Assembly: GCA_902796105.1 (NCBI GenBank)
Contig: CADBNO010000256.1
Location: 1 to 53,432 of the forward strand
DNA length: 53,432 nt
Direction: 5' to 3'
Origin: an uncultured Lachnospiraceae bacterium
GTDB lineage: Bacteria > Bacillota > Clostridia > Lachnospirales > Lachnospiraceae
Position numbers and translations under genes: made by a program. Shown here in pieces: positions 29,611 to 39,523 of this stretch; the first letter of the stretch is position 1; each line of letters opens with the position of its first letter. The notes beneath the pieces are model-generated. The model was not told the origin of the DNA and searched no databases. It worked only from the letters and a program-made list of their open reading frames with translations.

Positions 29611-32382
29611 ATGGAACAGAATCTGCCGGAGAACCCATACGATGCAGACAACCTTGATGATTCCGCATACCAAGGGCTGGCAGATGCCGCGGAAACAGGG
29701 GCAAGAACAGTAGTCAGATGGGCCGCATATAAGACAGGCGTACCACAAAAGCTGAAAAAAATAGGGCTTATCCTCATAGGGATATTCTTACTGTTCATGT
29801 CTGCTTTTTTACTTTTGTATGGTGCAGGTGATTATATCAAAGAAAAAGCCTCTGACTGGTGGGACGATTTCCAGCACAGACGAGTGGGTTCAACAGAAGA
29901 TGATTTCATACCCTATTATGATCAGGCCGGCGCCATGCTGGATGCACTGAAGGAAGGTAAGGTGGACATTGGAAATGACATGGTGATGCTTTCCAAGGAA
30001 GACCTTATCATGATCTTAGAATATGTCCAGGAATACAACAATAACCTGATCTATTGCACGGATCCGGAAAGGATACGGTATGAAGTGTCTGTTCGGGAAT
30101 ACGAAGAAGTACCGGATGATGTGGCAACACCACTCCATGACAGAGACGAAATGGCGCCAATACCTACGCATATCGAAGCAAAGGACTGGTCAACGGAGCT
30201 GCGTTATCAGACAGTATCTTATAGTACTTTGGGACAGAACTACTACAACGAGTACACAGAGGAAGATAATTTCGACGTCTCCTGGCAGACGATCACCGCT
30301 CTGTGCGAGATGATGGCCGAAAACAATTATGAGAAATTTGGATCAAATGAAGACGGCTGGGAGAGTGCAAATGGTGCCGGTTTTGAACACGATTATTCCT
30401 TTGAAACATCGATGGATGGTTACTTCCTAACGGATGCGCAGGTTCAAGCGTTATGCGAACTGGTATCTTATGACTTCAGCTGTTACAAGGTAAGCGGTGG
30501 AAAAGACTACGTGGAGTGGACAAAGAAGCTGATAGAGGACAACGATGTACATTACGATGAGGAGGAGCCAGAGTACAGTTACGGGATCGATCTAAAGAAA
30601 GAAGATGTTAAAAAATATTCCTACAGGAAATATCCGGATGTATCCTTCGGCAAGGACGAAGATCAGGTTGACTACGAAGACCTTCGCGTGCCAGAATTAG
30701 CACCTTATAGTATATCAAACTTTTATACCCTCATCACCTATCAGTATGAAGGGTCAGACGATGAGCAGGAACAAGGTTCAAAACAATGTATATCCATGAC
30801 ACTTACCGTTGACGCAAAACGGTTCATGACCATGGTAACAGCACTGATCCCGGACTTTACTTTCGACCATTTCTTTGAGTTGTTAGAGCTGCTGCCGGGT
30901 ACAGAAAAAGAGATCGAGAAATACAAAACGATTGAAAGGTTGTATGAAAAAGGAGAAGAAGCGCAGGAACGGTATAATAATGCCATTACTTCCGGATTGG
31001 ACACAAATATCACATTGGAGGAAGTAAACGCAGCATATCAGGCAAGGAGTATACTCACCGAAGGGTTTCCCTCCATTGGAGTATATATAGGAACAGGCGC
31101 ACATAGTCAGAAAAGTACCATAGCAAACTTTAAGGGTTATGGGGCAGTTTACATAGGGAGTCATATGAGCGGAGGGGCAGTAGTGGAGAGTCCACGGAGA
31201 GTCCCAGCAGTGTATGATGCGTGGTTTAACGTTTGGCCAGAAGCTGAAATTCCTATGGCGTGTTCAGACGGCCTTTCCCTAGAGCAAGTGAAGGAGCTCT
31301 GTCAAAAGACAGCAAGTTATGGGATAACTGCATATCCAGAAGTGCCATATTTTTTCAGACAGGATGAAACGGCTCAAGCACTTTACGACTGGCAAGAAGA
31401 AAACAATGCGTCGATCACAGCAGTACTGGCTATCATAAGAACAGAAGGGAATATGACCAGCGGGAAAGCAGACCGTACATGGAACCTCCTGAACTGGGGA
31501 TCCATAGATTTTAAGGAAAAATACAATGGATCAGATTACAGGAATGATACGGACAAATTCATAAAAGCGCTACTGGAACAGATGGATCTTGTCACAGACA
31601 AGTATATAAATGCGGGACAGGAAACATATTTCAAGATGCAGTTTGGGTCAGACTTTGACTGTCAGATTCCCTCACAGGAAGCGTATGAAGAAGCAGAAAA
31701 GTCCATATCACACGCATTCTGCCCGTGGTGGGATGATTGTGCCTTCCCTTTCAGACTGGGAGATAGTGAAGCATTCCTGAAAGGAAAAGGATGGTGCAAC
31801 AACTGCGCAGATTTTCGTTCACAGCTGCTGGGTTCAGTAGGAATCACAGTATCCAGTGGCTTTGTATGGCCGGTACCGGAATACAACAGGATATCCTCAT
31901 ACTATGGAAACAGAGAAGCACCGACGACGGGAGCTACATCGTTCCATCAGGGTGTCGATATTTCGGCACCGCTCGGGAAAGCTATCGTGGCTGTGGCAGA
32001 TGGCGAAGTAACGGAAGTGACTTATGACGATTATATAGCGAAGAACAAAGCGGCCGGGACAAATTATCGGGCGACCTATACCGTAAGGATCAAACATGAC
32101 GATGGATTGACACAATCGAGATATCTCCACATGGAGGATGCTCCGATGGTAGGGGTAGGCGATAAGGTAGTTGCAGGACAGCAGATTGCTGTGGTAGGAA
32201 GTGGAGGAGTATCCACCGGGCCACACCTGCATATTGAGATAAAGGAGAACGGAAAATTGGTAGACCCCATGAATTATCTGGAAGAACCGAAGAAGCAAAC
32301 AACGATAGGGAATGCGAAAGATGCAGCGCCGGTAGTAAAGGTTCCTGAAAAGAAGGCTGTGCTGACCGATGATTCTCCGTGA
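29611..32382 (+). CDS. Conjugation cell-wall hydrolase with C-terminal M23 peptidase domain
   Basis: WPVP..ISSYYG.R, HQGVD, YLHM, STGPHLH M23 motifs; N-terminal TM anchor. Confidence 0.85.
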   Translation: MEQNLPENPYDADNLDDSAYQGLADAAETGARTVVRWAAYKTGVPQKLKKIGLILIGIFLLFMSAFLLLYGAGDYIKEKASDWWDDFQHRRVGSTEDDFIPYYDQAGAMLDALKEGKVDIGNDMVMLSKEDLIMILEYVQEYNNNLIYCTDPERIRYEVSVREYEEVPDDVATPLHDRDEMAPIPTHIEAKDWSTELRYQTVSYSTLGQNYYNEYTEEDNFDVSWQTITALCEMMAENNYEKFGSNEDGWESANGAGFEHDYSFETSMDGYFLTDAQVQALCELVSYDFSCYKVSGGKDYVEWTKKLIEDNDVHYDEEEPEYSYGIDLKKEDVKKYSYRKYPDVSFGKDEDQVDYEDLRVPELAPYSISNFYTLITYQYEGSDDEQEQGSKQCISMTLTVDAKRFMTMVTALIPDFTFDHFFELLELLPGTEKEIEKYKTIERLYEKGEEAQERYNNAITSGLDTNITLEEVNAAYQARSILTEGFPSIGVYIGTGAHSQKSTIANFKGYGAVYIGSHMSGGAVVESPRRVPAVYDAWFNVWPEAEIPMACSDGLSLEQVKELCQKTASYGITAYPEVPYFFRQDETAQALYDWQEENNASITAVLAIIRTEGNMTSGKADRTWNLLNWGSIDFKEKYNGSDYRNDTDKFIKALLEQMDLVTDKYINAGQETYFKMQFGSDFDCQIPSQEAYEEAEKSISHAFCPWWDDCAFPFRLGDSEAFLKGKGWCNNCADFRSQLLGSVGITVSSGFVWPVPEYNRISSYYGNREAPTTGATSFHQGVDISAPLGKAIVAVADGEVTEVTYDDYIAKNKAAGTNYRATYTVRIKHDDGLTQSRYLHMEDAPMVGVGDKVVAGQQIAVVGSGGVSTGPHLHIEIKENGKLVDPMNYLEEPKKQTTIGNAKDAAPVVKVPEKKAVLTDDSP

Positions 32383-32414
32383 TCCTTAAGCAAGAAATAA
32401 AGCGAGGGCGCCGC

Positions 32415-32671
32415 GAAGTTAAGATAACTTTATACTATACTTAACTTCGTACCCCTTGTACCCCTGTTTGGTGCCACGGGAGAGAGGGGCTGCCCTACCC
32501 CATAAAGCCTCCCATGACATACCCGCAGGTCTCCCGCACGCGGAGAAAAAAGCTTGAAGGCGCTGAAGTTAAGATAACTTTAGGCTATACTTAACTTCGC
32601 GCCCCTTGTATCCCTGTTTGGTGCCACGGGAGAGCGGGGCTGCCCTGCCCCATAAAGCCTCCCATGACATA
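32415..32671 (+). repeat. 107-bp direct repeat x2 (32415-32521, 32565-32671), each starting with a 34-bp quasi-palindrome
   Basis: GAAGTTAAGATAACTTTA(TA/GG)CTATACTTAACTTC...CCCATGACATA duplicated at 150-bp period with few mismatches. Confidence 0.9.
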
Positions 32672-33067
32672 TATTTCATTCTTTTTTTATCCATCCAAAT
32701 CTGCGGCCGGCGGTAAGCGCCGTCCGCAGATAACGCTGGTGCCATGGGGCGCGGTTTCATATTACTTTTGGCGCGCCTCTTGACATAAATTTCTTCCTTT
32801 GTAGATAGCCCTGGCGGGTGGCAGACCGCCGGGGCATTGAAGCAGAAGGAAGCGGTGATATGATTGCAGCTTCCTTGACATAGACCACGTATCCCTTCCT
32901 TAGTTATGCCCTTTGCGGGTGCCTTACGCACCCGCTGAAAGAGAGAAAAGAGAGAAGAGAGAGAGGACACCCAAGCCGCGCGCAAGAAAAGACAGCAAAA
33001 AAAGAGAGGAAAGGCGGCGAAAAGGACTTGCGAAGTTAAGTATAGCCTAAAGTTATCTTAACTTCAG
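32563..33067. repeat. Segment flanked by perfect 38-bp inverted repeats (32563-32600 and 33030-33067)
   Basis: CTGAAGTTAAGATAACTTTAGGCTATACTTAACTTCGC and its exact reverse complement. Confidence 0.9.
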
Positions 33068-33106
33068 TAACCTAGAAACTAATTTTTCTATATAAGGAGG
33101 CATCTT

Positions 33107-34915
33107 ATGTCCGATACAACCTATTTAAAAGACGATATTCTTACCACCCAGGCGATCACAGCTTCCGTCAAGGAACAGACCCTTTACCCAAACGATGGCT
33201 TGCAGGGATCCTACCCGTTCTTACGTGCCGACCGCTCCGGTAACCACAAGCTCGTCTTTGTCCTGATCCAAAAGACAGAAAACAAGATGGTGGTACCCAA
33301 GCAGGTCGTTTCAGCCTCTATTGCTGACGGTACGGTACTTTCCAGAGAACCTGCGGAGAGGTTCTACGCTTCCCTCCAGGAAGGCATCACTACGCCCATA
33401 GGATCCATCAGAAAGGATCAGGATCGAGAAACCGCACAAGCCTATCGGGAAAAGGCCCTGCCCCTTATGGACGAAATGCGCCTTGAGATACTGGAACATG
33501 GCGAGACTTCGGCAGATAAGTACATGGAATATCTTAAGTATTCCCTCTACCCTTATACGGATGAGCTGGCCGAGCGATTCTTAAGAGCATCCCGCATCTT
33601 CGTGACGGCATCCTCCATCACCATTCCCTGCTCCTCCTGTGGGAAAAAGTTTCAGATCTCTACAAGTGGTCTGATCCCCGGCAAGATCATCTCAAACACC
33701 TGTCCATTCTGTCAGGATATCGTACAGACCTCTTATGTAAGGACTGGAAAATGTATCACTTTTACGGATCGATACATGGAAGAGTACCGCTTACGATCCG
33801 TCAAAAAACAAAAGGAGGCCGAGGAAGAAGAACGGCACACCTTCTTTGAGAATCTCACGGAAGAAAAGAGCTTCTCTGTGGAAGCATCTTCCGCAAAGGG
33901 CAGGAAAAAACCTGCTGCCGGACAGAAACTTCCCCAGGATTCTTCTGAGCAGACAGATATTGCTGCCCCTTTGCCTGAAAAAGAGAAAGAGAAGACACAA
34001 CCGCTTACTTCATCTCAGGAAGAAACGTCCTACACCGGCATGGCAGCAGAGGAAAAGGAAAAACCTATACTTACTCCGGTTCCAAAAGAAGCAGAGGTAA
34101 CAGAGGCAGCAGTGACGGAAGAGACCTCTCCGACCATCATGCCGACAGTTCCTATACCCCCCGTGATGCCCCCGCAAGCTCCCACAGAGACACAGAATGC
34201 CTTCTCACAATCCATAGTACATGATTATGATGCTCCGGAACATAAATCTGTCAAATCTGCTTTCGCGGCGATCCGGGCAATACTCGCCTCCGACTGCAAA
34301 ACTCCGCCGGTAGTCATTGCCCTTGTGGGAAATCCCGGAAGCGGCATCCTGACTTCTCTGATCCGGCTTTCCGGGTACAAGAAAGAGGATATAAGGATCC
34401 TTGGCGCTGACAGAGCATCCAGAGAGGACTTTACCGCCCCCTGCACGGTCCTTTTATGCAACGGCAGCAGTCCCTCCGCAGAGATAAGGGATGCCATTAC
34501 AACAATGCAGAAGGGACAAGCAATATTTTTGGCGGGCACAAAAGAGAACGTGGATGCTGCAGTCCTCTCCGATCCCGTCATAAATCACTATCTTTTATAC
34601 CGTATCTTCTACAAAGCATACAAGCCGGAAACTCTATATAAGATCATGGAAGACAGATTTATGGATTACGGGGTGTCCTTAGAGCCGACAGCAGACAGAA
34701 ACGAGATCCTTACCGCCCTTTCAGGCATCGATGCCCTTGCCGTAACTCGCATATGCGCATTCCTGTACTTCAAATGTGTTATGAACCGGAAAACACCTGA
34801 TCAGGAGCTGACTGTGACCCCGAAAGAACTGCTTCAGGAACTTACAAGGGAAAAGCAAAAGACATCATTCTCTGAACCAGGTAAAGAAAACACGCAGGCA
34901 GAAGGGAAAGTGTGA
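33107..34915 (+). CDS. Hypothetical protein: zinc ribbon, low-complexity linker, degenerate AAA+-like C-terminus
   Basis: CSSC-x19-CPFC; LVGNPGSG lacking the Walker A Lys; AAGGAGG RBS. Confidence 0.6.
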   Translation: MSDTTYLKDDILTTQAITASVKEQTLYPNDGLQGSYPFLRADRSGNHKLVFVLIQKTENKMVVPKQVVSASIADGTVLSREPAERFYASLQEGITTPIGSIRKDQDRETAQAYREKALPLMDEMRLEILEHGETSADKYMEYLKYSLYPYTDELAERFLRASRIFVTASSITIPCSSCGKKFQISTSGLIPGKIISNTCPFCQDIVQTSYVRTGKCITFTDRYMEEYRLRSVKKQKEAEEEERHTFFENLTEEKSFSVEASSAKGRKKPAAGQKLPQDSSEQTDIAAPLPEKEKEKTQPLTSSQEETSYTGMAAEEKEKPILTPVPKEAEVTEAAVTEETSPTIMPTVPIPPVMPPQAPTETQNAFSQSIVHDYDAPEHKSVKSAFAAIRAILASDCKTPPVVIALVGNPGSGILTSLIRLSGYKKEDIRILGADRASREDFTAPCTVLLCNGSSPSAEIRDAITTMQKGQAIFLAGTKENVDAAVLSDPVINHYLLYRIFYKAYKPETLYKIMEDRFMDYGVSLEPTADRNEILTALSGIDALAVTRICAFLYFKCVMNRKTPDQELTVTPKELLQELTREKQKTSFSEPGKENTQAEGKV

Positions 34916-35367
34916 CTTTTATGGATATTTCAAAACTTTATCAGCCAAAAGCCGAATTACCAAAAGATTTCTGGTATCTGATCGACCAGCAGAGCATTGG
35001 TGCCATCTATCTTTCTGAACTGGTGGAACTGGCTATGCTATACCCCTACAAATCTCTGAAGGAGTTGTATCAAATCGGCCTCTACGAAGACCGGTTCCCC
35101 ACGAAATCCGAGGAGCCTACGTATAACACGATCTATCAGGCGATCCGGTTTGCCCTGCGGGATTTCCCGGCATTCGCCTCCGGAGAACTAAAGATCAAGG
35201 AGATCGTGTTTGAACTAGCGCACAGGGGCATCAAAAACACCTGCATCATCGAATGTCCGCACTGTCACAGGAAGTGGATCTTCGATGATTCCTGCATTAA
35301 AGCAGGGGAGAAATATGAAGTCCTCTGCAGGCATTGTCACATCCCGCTTGCCCGGACAAAAACATGA
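34912..35367 (+). CDS. Possible Spo0A C-terminal-like DNA-binding domain fused to a zinc ribbon
   Basis: GAIYL...KELY...TYNTIYQAIRFAL resembles Spo0A_C (GY.YL...KELY...VERAIRHAI); CPHC-x19-CRHC. Confidence 0.4.
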   Translation: MTFMDISKLYQPKAELPKDFWYLIDQQSIGAIYLSELVELAMLYPYKSLKELYQIGLYEDRFPTKSEEPTYNTIYQAIRFALRDFPAFASGELKIKEIVFELAHRGIKNTCIIECPHCHRKWIFDDSCIKAGEKYEVLCRHCHIPLARTKT

Positions 35368-35447
35368 TATTTTTGCTTTTTTTCTCTTTCGAGGAAGGAT
35401 CCGTCGCTTTTGAGCCTAATAAAAATGTAAATTCTGGAAAATGATAC

Positions 35448-35476
35448 TTGCAAAACATGTTTTTATATGCTACTAT
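35448..35476 (+). promoter_or_regulatory. Putative SigA promoter of the sortase gene
   Basis: TTGCAA-17nt-TACTAT with an extended -10 TG. Confidence 0.5.
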
Positions 35477-35534
35477 GATCTTACAACGATATGTGCTATC
35501 ACATCTTATATTTGATAGCACACAAAGGGAGTAT

Positions 35535-36407
35535 ATGAGAGAAACCAGTCATACGGACAAAAAAACGGAAAAAATTAACGCAAAAAGGATAGCCGTTGCT
35601 TTCCTGACCGCTCCGATCACACTGATCGTGTTCGCCCTGGGTCTTTTGATCTGCCTTACCCACGTAGGGCACATGATCCATGATGATCAGGTCGCAGGAA
35701 AGCTGATCGCGGAATTTGAGGAGGAGGCCTCTGCATTCCCGCCTCCAGCGACGCAGACAGATACAGAAGCACCGGACAGCTCCTTTCCTGTCAGTGAAAG
35801 CAACACGGCGGGAGAGGAAAGTCAGACAGATGCTGAACCCTCACAGACAGTCACACAGGTACAGACATACACAAACGTGATCTCCCCTGTGGACGATGCA
35901 GCCGGATATATACGGATCCGAAACACAAACATTTCCTATCCGGTCATGTACTCCGAAGAAGAGGGCTACTATCTGGATCATGCAGCCAACGGATCAAAGA
36001 ACCGCAACGGAGCGATCTATCTCGCTCCAGAGAACAATGAAGATTTTTCAGATGCCATCAATTATGTTTTTGGCCACAATATGACCTCCGGGCTGATGTT
36101 CCGACAGTTGAATGATTACCTGAAAAAACCAGGCTTTCTGGAATCCCATAACGACTGTGAGATCGTCGTTGATGGAGTAATGAACCGTTACACCTTATTC
36201 TTCGCGGAATCCATCCCGTCCGACCTCGAAATGACGATCTACGATCAAAATGCATTAGGTTCTGAAGTCTACAAAAAATACATAAATGCCCTGTCCCAGA
36301 AAACGGGATATACTCTGACCGAAAATGACCGCATCCTTGTGCTCATCACCTGCACCACAGGACACAGGAGCAACCGTACCGTAGTCTACGGTGTAAGCAG
36401 AGAATAG
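35535..36407 (+). CDS. srtB: Class B sortase
   Basis: N-terminal TM; GYIRI.NTNISYPV, YYL.H, GAIYL, GHNM.SGLMF, LITC and downstream Arg. Confidence 0.85.
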   Translation: MRETSHTDKKTEKINAKRIAVAFLTAPITLIVFALGLLICLTHVGHMIHDDQVAGKLIAEFEEEASAFPPPATQTDTEAPDSSFPVSESNTAGEESQTDAEPSQTVTQVQTYTNVISPVDDAAGYIRIRNTNISYPVMYSEEEGYYLDHAANGSKNRNGAIYLAPENNEDFSDAINYVFGHNMTSGLMFRQLNDYLKKPGFLESHNDCEIVVDGVMNRYTLFFAESIPSDLEMTIYDQNALGSEVYKKYINALSQKTGYTLTENDRILVLITCTTGHRSNRTVVYGVSRE

Positions 36408-36583
36408 GAAGCATATGGATATCGAGGTGGGTATTTTAACGAAAATGTTAAAAGACACTAATCTGGAGGTCGCAAATATGGATCTTAAACCAAAAACGAT
36501 CGAAGATACTCAAAGTCTGACCGCATCCCAATTTAGGATCATGATGCTGGAGAAGATCGATTCTATGAAATGGGGGATATGAA

Positions 36584-37108
36584 ATGAAATATCTAATGCA
36601 AGCACTTCAGGGATTCACAACGATGAATGAACTGACATGTGTATTGAGCATACTGTGGATGCTCTTTATATCAGGTGGAGTGATGCTTACCTTATCATCA
36701 GCCCTATCATCAGCCCTGTTTCCCCATCGCGACCTATATGGAAAAGATATTCGTCCATGGATCGCCATTCCCATGGACTTGCTTGCAATAGTCGGGCTTG
36801 TCTTTTTCGTTCTGTTTCATACCGGAGCTGCATATGAAACAGAATCTGTTGCAGAGAGCTTTCGCATTGCTGCAGTAAATGGAACATACATAGAGCAATA
36901 TCAAGATAAAAAGGGATCTCAATTCCTGGTATATGTGAAGACGGAGAGTGATTCCTATACCCCTATACAGGTTAAGAATATTGAAATCATATATAAAGAA
37001 GATTGCACAGACCCTTATATGGATGTCTGGCTTCACACAAAGAAACTACTGTTTTTAGAAACGTATACTGCGAGAGCAACAATATATCTGCCCAAGGAAG
37101 AAAAATGA
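36584..37108 (+). CDS. Membrane hypothetical protein
   Basis: Two N-terminal TM helices. Confidence 0.55.
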   Translation: MKYLMQALQGFTTMNELTCVLSILWMLFISGGVMLTLSSALSSALFPHRDLYGKDIRPWIAIPMDLLAIVGLVFFVLFHTGAAYETESVAESFRIAAVNGTYIEQYQDKKGSQFLVYVKTESDSYTPIQVKNIEIIYKEDCTDPYMDVWLHTKKLLFLETYTARATIYLPKEEK

Positions 37109-37350
37109 AAATATTTCACATATTAGGCGCCGTGTTAAGCAAAAGACGACCTGGACCGTACATACTCACTGAAAAAATGATCAGACAGGCAGGCGGGCTC
37201 CCTATGTCAAGAGAACTCTATGAACGGATCACGAACAGCAAGATCGATGATAACTCCAATATGATCTGCTTCAATACAGAATCTATGTTGGAACTTCGGA
37301 AAGGCACTATAAACTCTGAGGAGGATACCAAAAATGAGAAATACGAATAG
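37105..37350 (+). CDS. Hypothetical protein
   Basis: AAGGA RBS, ATGA coupling to the upstream gene. Confidence 0.45.
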   Translation: MKIFHILGAVLSKRRPGPYILTEKMIRQAGGLPMSRELYERITNSKIDDNSNMICFNTESMLELRKGTINSEEDTKNEKYE

Positions 37351-37579
37351 TCTGAAGCCCATATGCGATTGTGGCGGAGAATTATATATTTATACGGAGG
37401 AACTCCACAAACTGTATCGGAAGATCAACAGAGATGGCAGACCATCCAAAAGAGCCATAGATATAAATGACGGAAGCACCGGTGTCGAAGAAAGGCTGCA
37501 CTGCTGGAACTGCGGCGCGGAATTCTGGTTTGACGAGGATAAGAACGGAAGAATAATCAAGAAAGACGAGTATATGTGA
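37334..37579 (+). CDS. Small zinc-ribbon protein
   Basis: CDCG...CWNCG; GAGGAGG RBS. Confidence 0.55.
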   Translation: MRNTNSLKPICDCGGELYIYTEELHKLYRKINRDGRPSKRAIDINDGSTGVEERLHCWNCGAEFWFDEDKNGRIIKKDEYM

Positions 37580-38135
37580 TAGAGAGCGAATAGTATAAAA
37601 CATAGGAGGAAAAAATGTGATGGATGATAAGAAAGAAGTTATTATGGGTATGGTCGTGGGGGCGGTATTGATTGCCTGTGTAATGTTTGCCCTGCAATAT
37701 TTGGGAAGCGTGGGAAGCTATGGGAAAGCATCGATACAACATATACAGGCGGATAGAAATACGCCCGTTCCGAATATCTCCAGCTATGCAGGGAATGACG
37801 GAACTTATAGTTATATTGTGGATAACAACACTGGAGTAGTCTATCTGCAATATACCGGCATCCGTGCAACAGCAATCAGCGTGATGTTAAACCCGGACGG
37901 AACGCCGATTATGGCAGAGCAGATAGGGATAGGAGAATAAAAATGGTCAGATATATCTGCAATAAGACTTTTTATGTAAACCAGCAGGATACAGACGGCA
38001 ATCACCGGTGTCGAAGAAAGGCTGCACTGCTGGAACTGCGGTGCGGAATTCCGGTTTGACGAGGATAAGAACGGAAGAATAATCAAGAAAGACGAGTATA
38101 TGTGATAAAGAGCGAATAGTATAAAACATAGGAGG
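37477..38135 (+). repeat. 133-bp direct repeat (37477-37609 and 38003-38135)
   Basis: 3' end of the zinc-ribbon gene plus the next RBS, duplicated almost identically. Confidence 0.9.
37617..37940 (+). CDS. DUF6440-like protein with N-terminal TM
   Basis: IVDNNTGVVYL...ISVMLNPDGTP motif. Confidence 0.55.
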   Translation: MMDDKKEVIMGMVVGAVLIACVMFALQYLGSVGSYGKASIQHIQADRNTPVPNISSYAGNDGTYSYIVDNNTGVVYLQYTGIRATAISVMLNPDGTPIMAEQIGIGE

Positions 38136-38140
38136 TACAT

Positions 38141-38371
38141 ATGAACATTGTTGCAAGAATTATTTTCAGCTTTTTCTTTACAGGGTATTTCACGTTGCTA
38201 TGGTTCGGAATAATGGAATGTGACACCTGCAGCCAAATTATCATTAATACCAACGACGGTGATGAAGTCTTAAGATATGCACGAGTCGAAACAATGACCA
38301 AAGTCTTGATTGCGTTGCTTACGCTCATTTTTTTATATTCCATATCCGTATGGATGGAGATCTGCATATAA
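38141..38371 (+). CDS. Small membrane protein
   Basis: AGGAGG RBS; two TM segments. Confidence 0.45.
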   Translation: MNIVARIIFSFFFTGYFTLLWFGIMECDTCSQIIINTNDGDEVLRYARVETMTKVLIALLTLIFLYSISVWMEICI

Positions 38372-38410
38372 CCTTCTACAACGCATTTTAAGACTGAAAG
38401 GATATAATAT

Positions 38411-38647
38411 ATGAAAAAGCTTGATAAGAAGATCATCTGGAGCATAGTACTGTTAATCGTTGGAATCAGCATCATTCTAATAGGAATAATTGCCAATCTT
38501 TTGCTTGACGGAAATGTCAGTCTGGACAGAGGAACAACATTCAGTTTCTTTTTTGTATTATCCGTTCCTTTTTGGTCGGTTGGTATCGGTAACTTGATTC
38601 TGATCTGCATAAGAAATAGGCACGAAAAGTCTAAAAACAAAAGATAG
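38411..38647 (+). CDS. Small membrane protein
   Basis: AAAGGA RBS; two TM segments. Confidence 0.5.
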   Translation: MKKLDKKIIWSIVLLIVGISIILIGIIANLLLDGNVSLDRGTTFSFFFVLSVPFWSVGIGNLILICIRNRHEKSKNKR

Positions 38648-38753
38648 TAACCTTATCGAAAGAGTACACCACTAGACTTGCGGATCAAAATAAAGCAAAT
38701 ACTCAGCCTAAACGCTGTGTATCCTAAACATCAAGCAGAAAGAGGGTGATACC

Positions 38754-39002
38754 ATGAGCGAGGTACTAGGATACCGCTGGAGTGTCTGGTTTAAGCGCAT
38801 CTGCGTAGAGCAGAGCAACTTCGTCTTTGAAGACGAGGATGACGCCAGATCGAACGCTACAGACTATCTGTACCGATACCTTAAGGAGAGAAAAGAAGCT
38901 GGATGCAACGATGGGGAAATAGAGGATATGTTCGACATCGAGATCACTGAAGTATTGGGAGAGGAAGAATTTGAAGATGTGGGACTTGACTATTTTCCCT
39001 AA
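38754..39002 (+). CDS. Small acidic hypothetical protein
   Basis: GAGGGTG RBS; 82 aa. Confidence 0.5.
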   Translation: MSEVLGYRWSVWFKRICVEQSNFVFEDEDDARSNATDYLYRYLKERKEAGCNDGEIEDMFDIEITEVLGEEEFEDVGLDYFP

Positions 39003-39523
39003 GAACCACAACTGACCGCTGCCATCGGCCAGGGGATTGACAAAGGAAGGAGAAAAAGCCTATGTTAAAAATAATCATTAGAATCGCGTTGTGGCTCATT
39101 TTCTTTGCATGAGGATAATAGAAACGACGTAATCCCTGCACTGTAACACCTTATACGGATATGATTCCTTCCATCATTGTATCGCTAATGATAGCTGTTA
39201 TGTTTGGCTACGCTCTGATTGATTTGCTAAAACAACAAAAACCGGCAAAACCGATATTTTACGGTAGCGGTATTGTGGAACAGATATATGAGGAGCCTCT
39301 TTGCTCAAGAGACAACCTCATAGATAGAAGCCGATTCAGTTACGGAGTAAAGCTAAAGCTTTCTAACAGGGGGGATGTTCCTGTAGGGCTGTTACATATG
39401 TATGAAGGTAGAAAATGTAGCAACAAAATCAATACAAAGTAGGTGATGAGGTTCTTTTCTTTCAAACCGAAAGCACCATATACTGTGCAGGATTGACTGA
39501 ACAGGAATAAACGAAAGGAGAAT

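Noticed and set aside
32780-32910. Defined promoter inside the putative invertible segment
   Set aside because: Two TTGACA hexamers are present, but neither has a convincing -10 at 16-18 bp.
32569-32985. 138-aa minus-strand ORF within the inverted-repeat segment
   Set aside because: Runs through the repeats, atypical composition, no clear RBS or motif.
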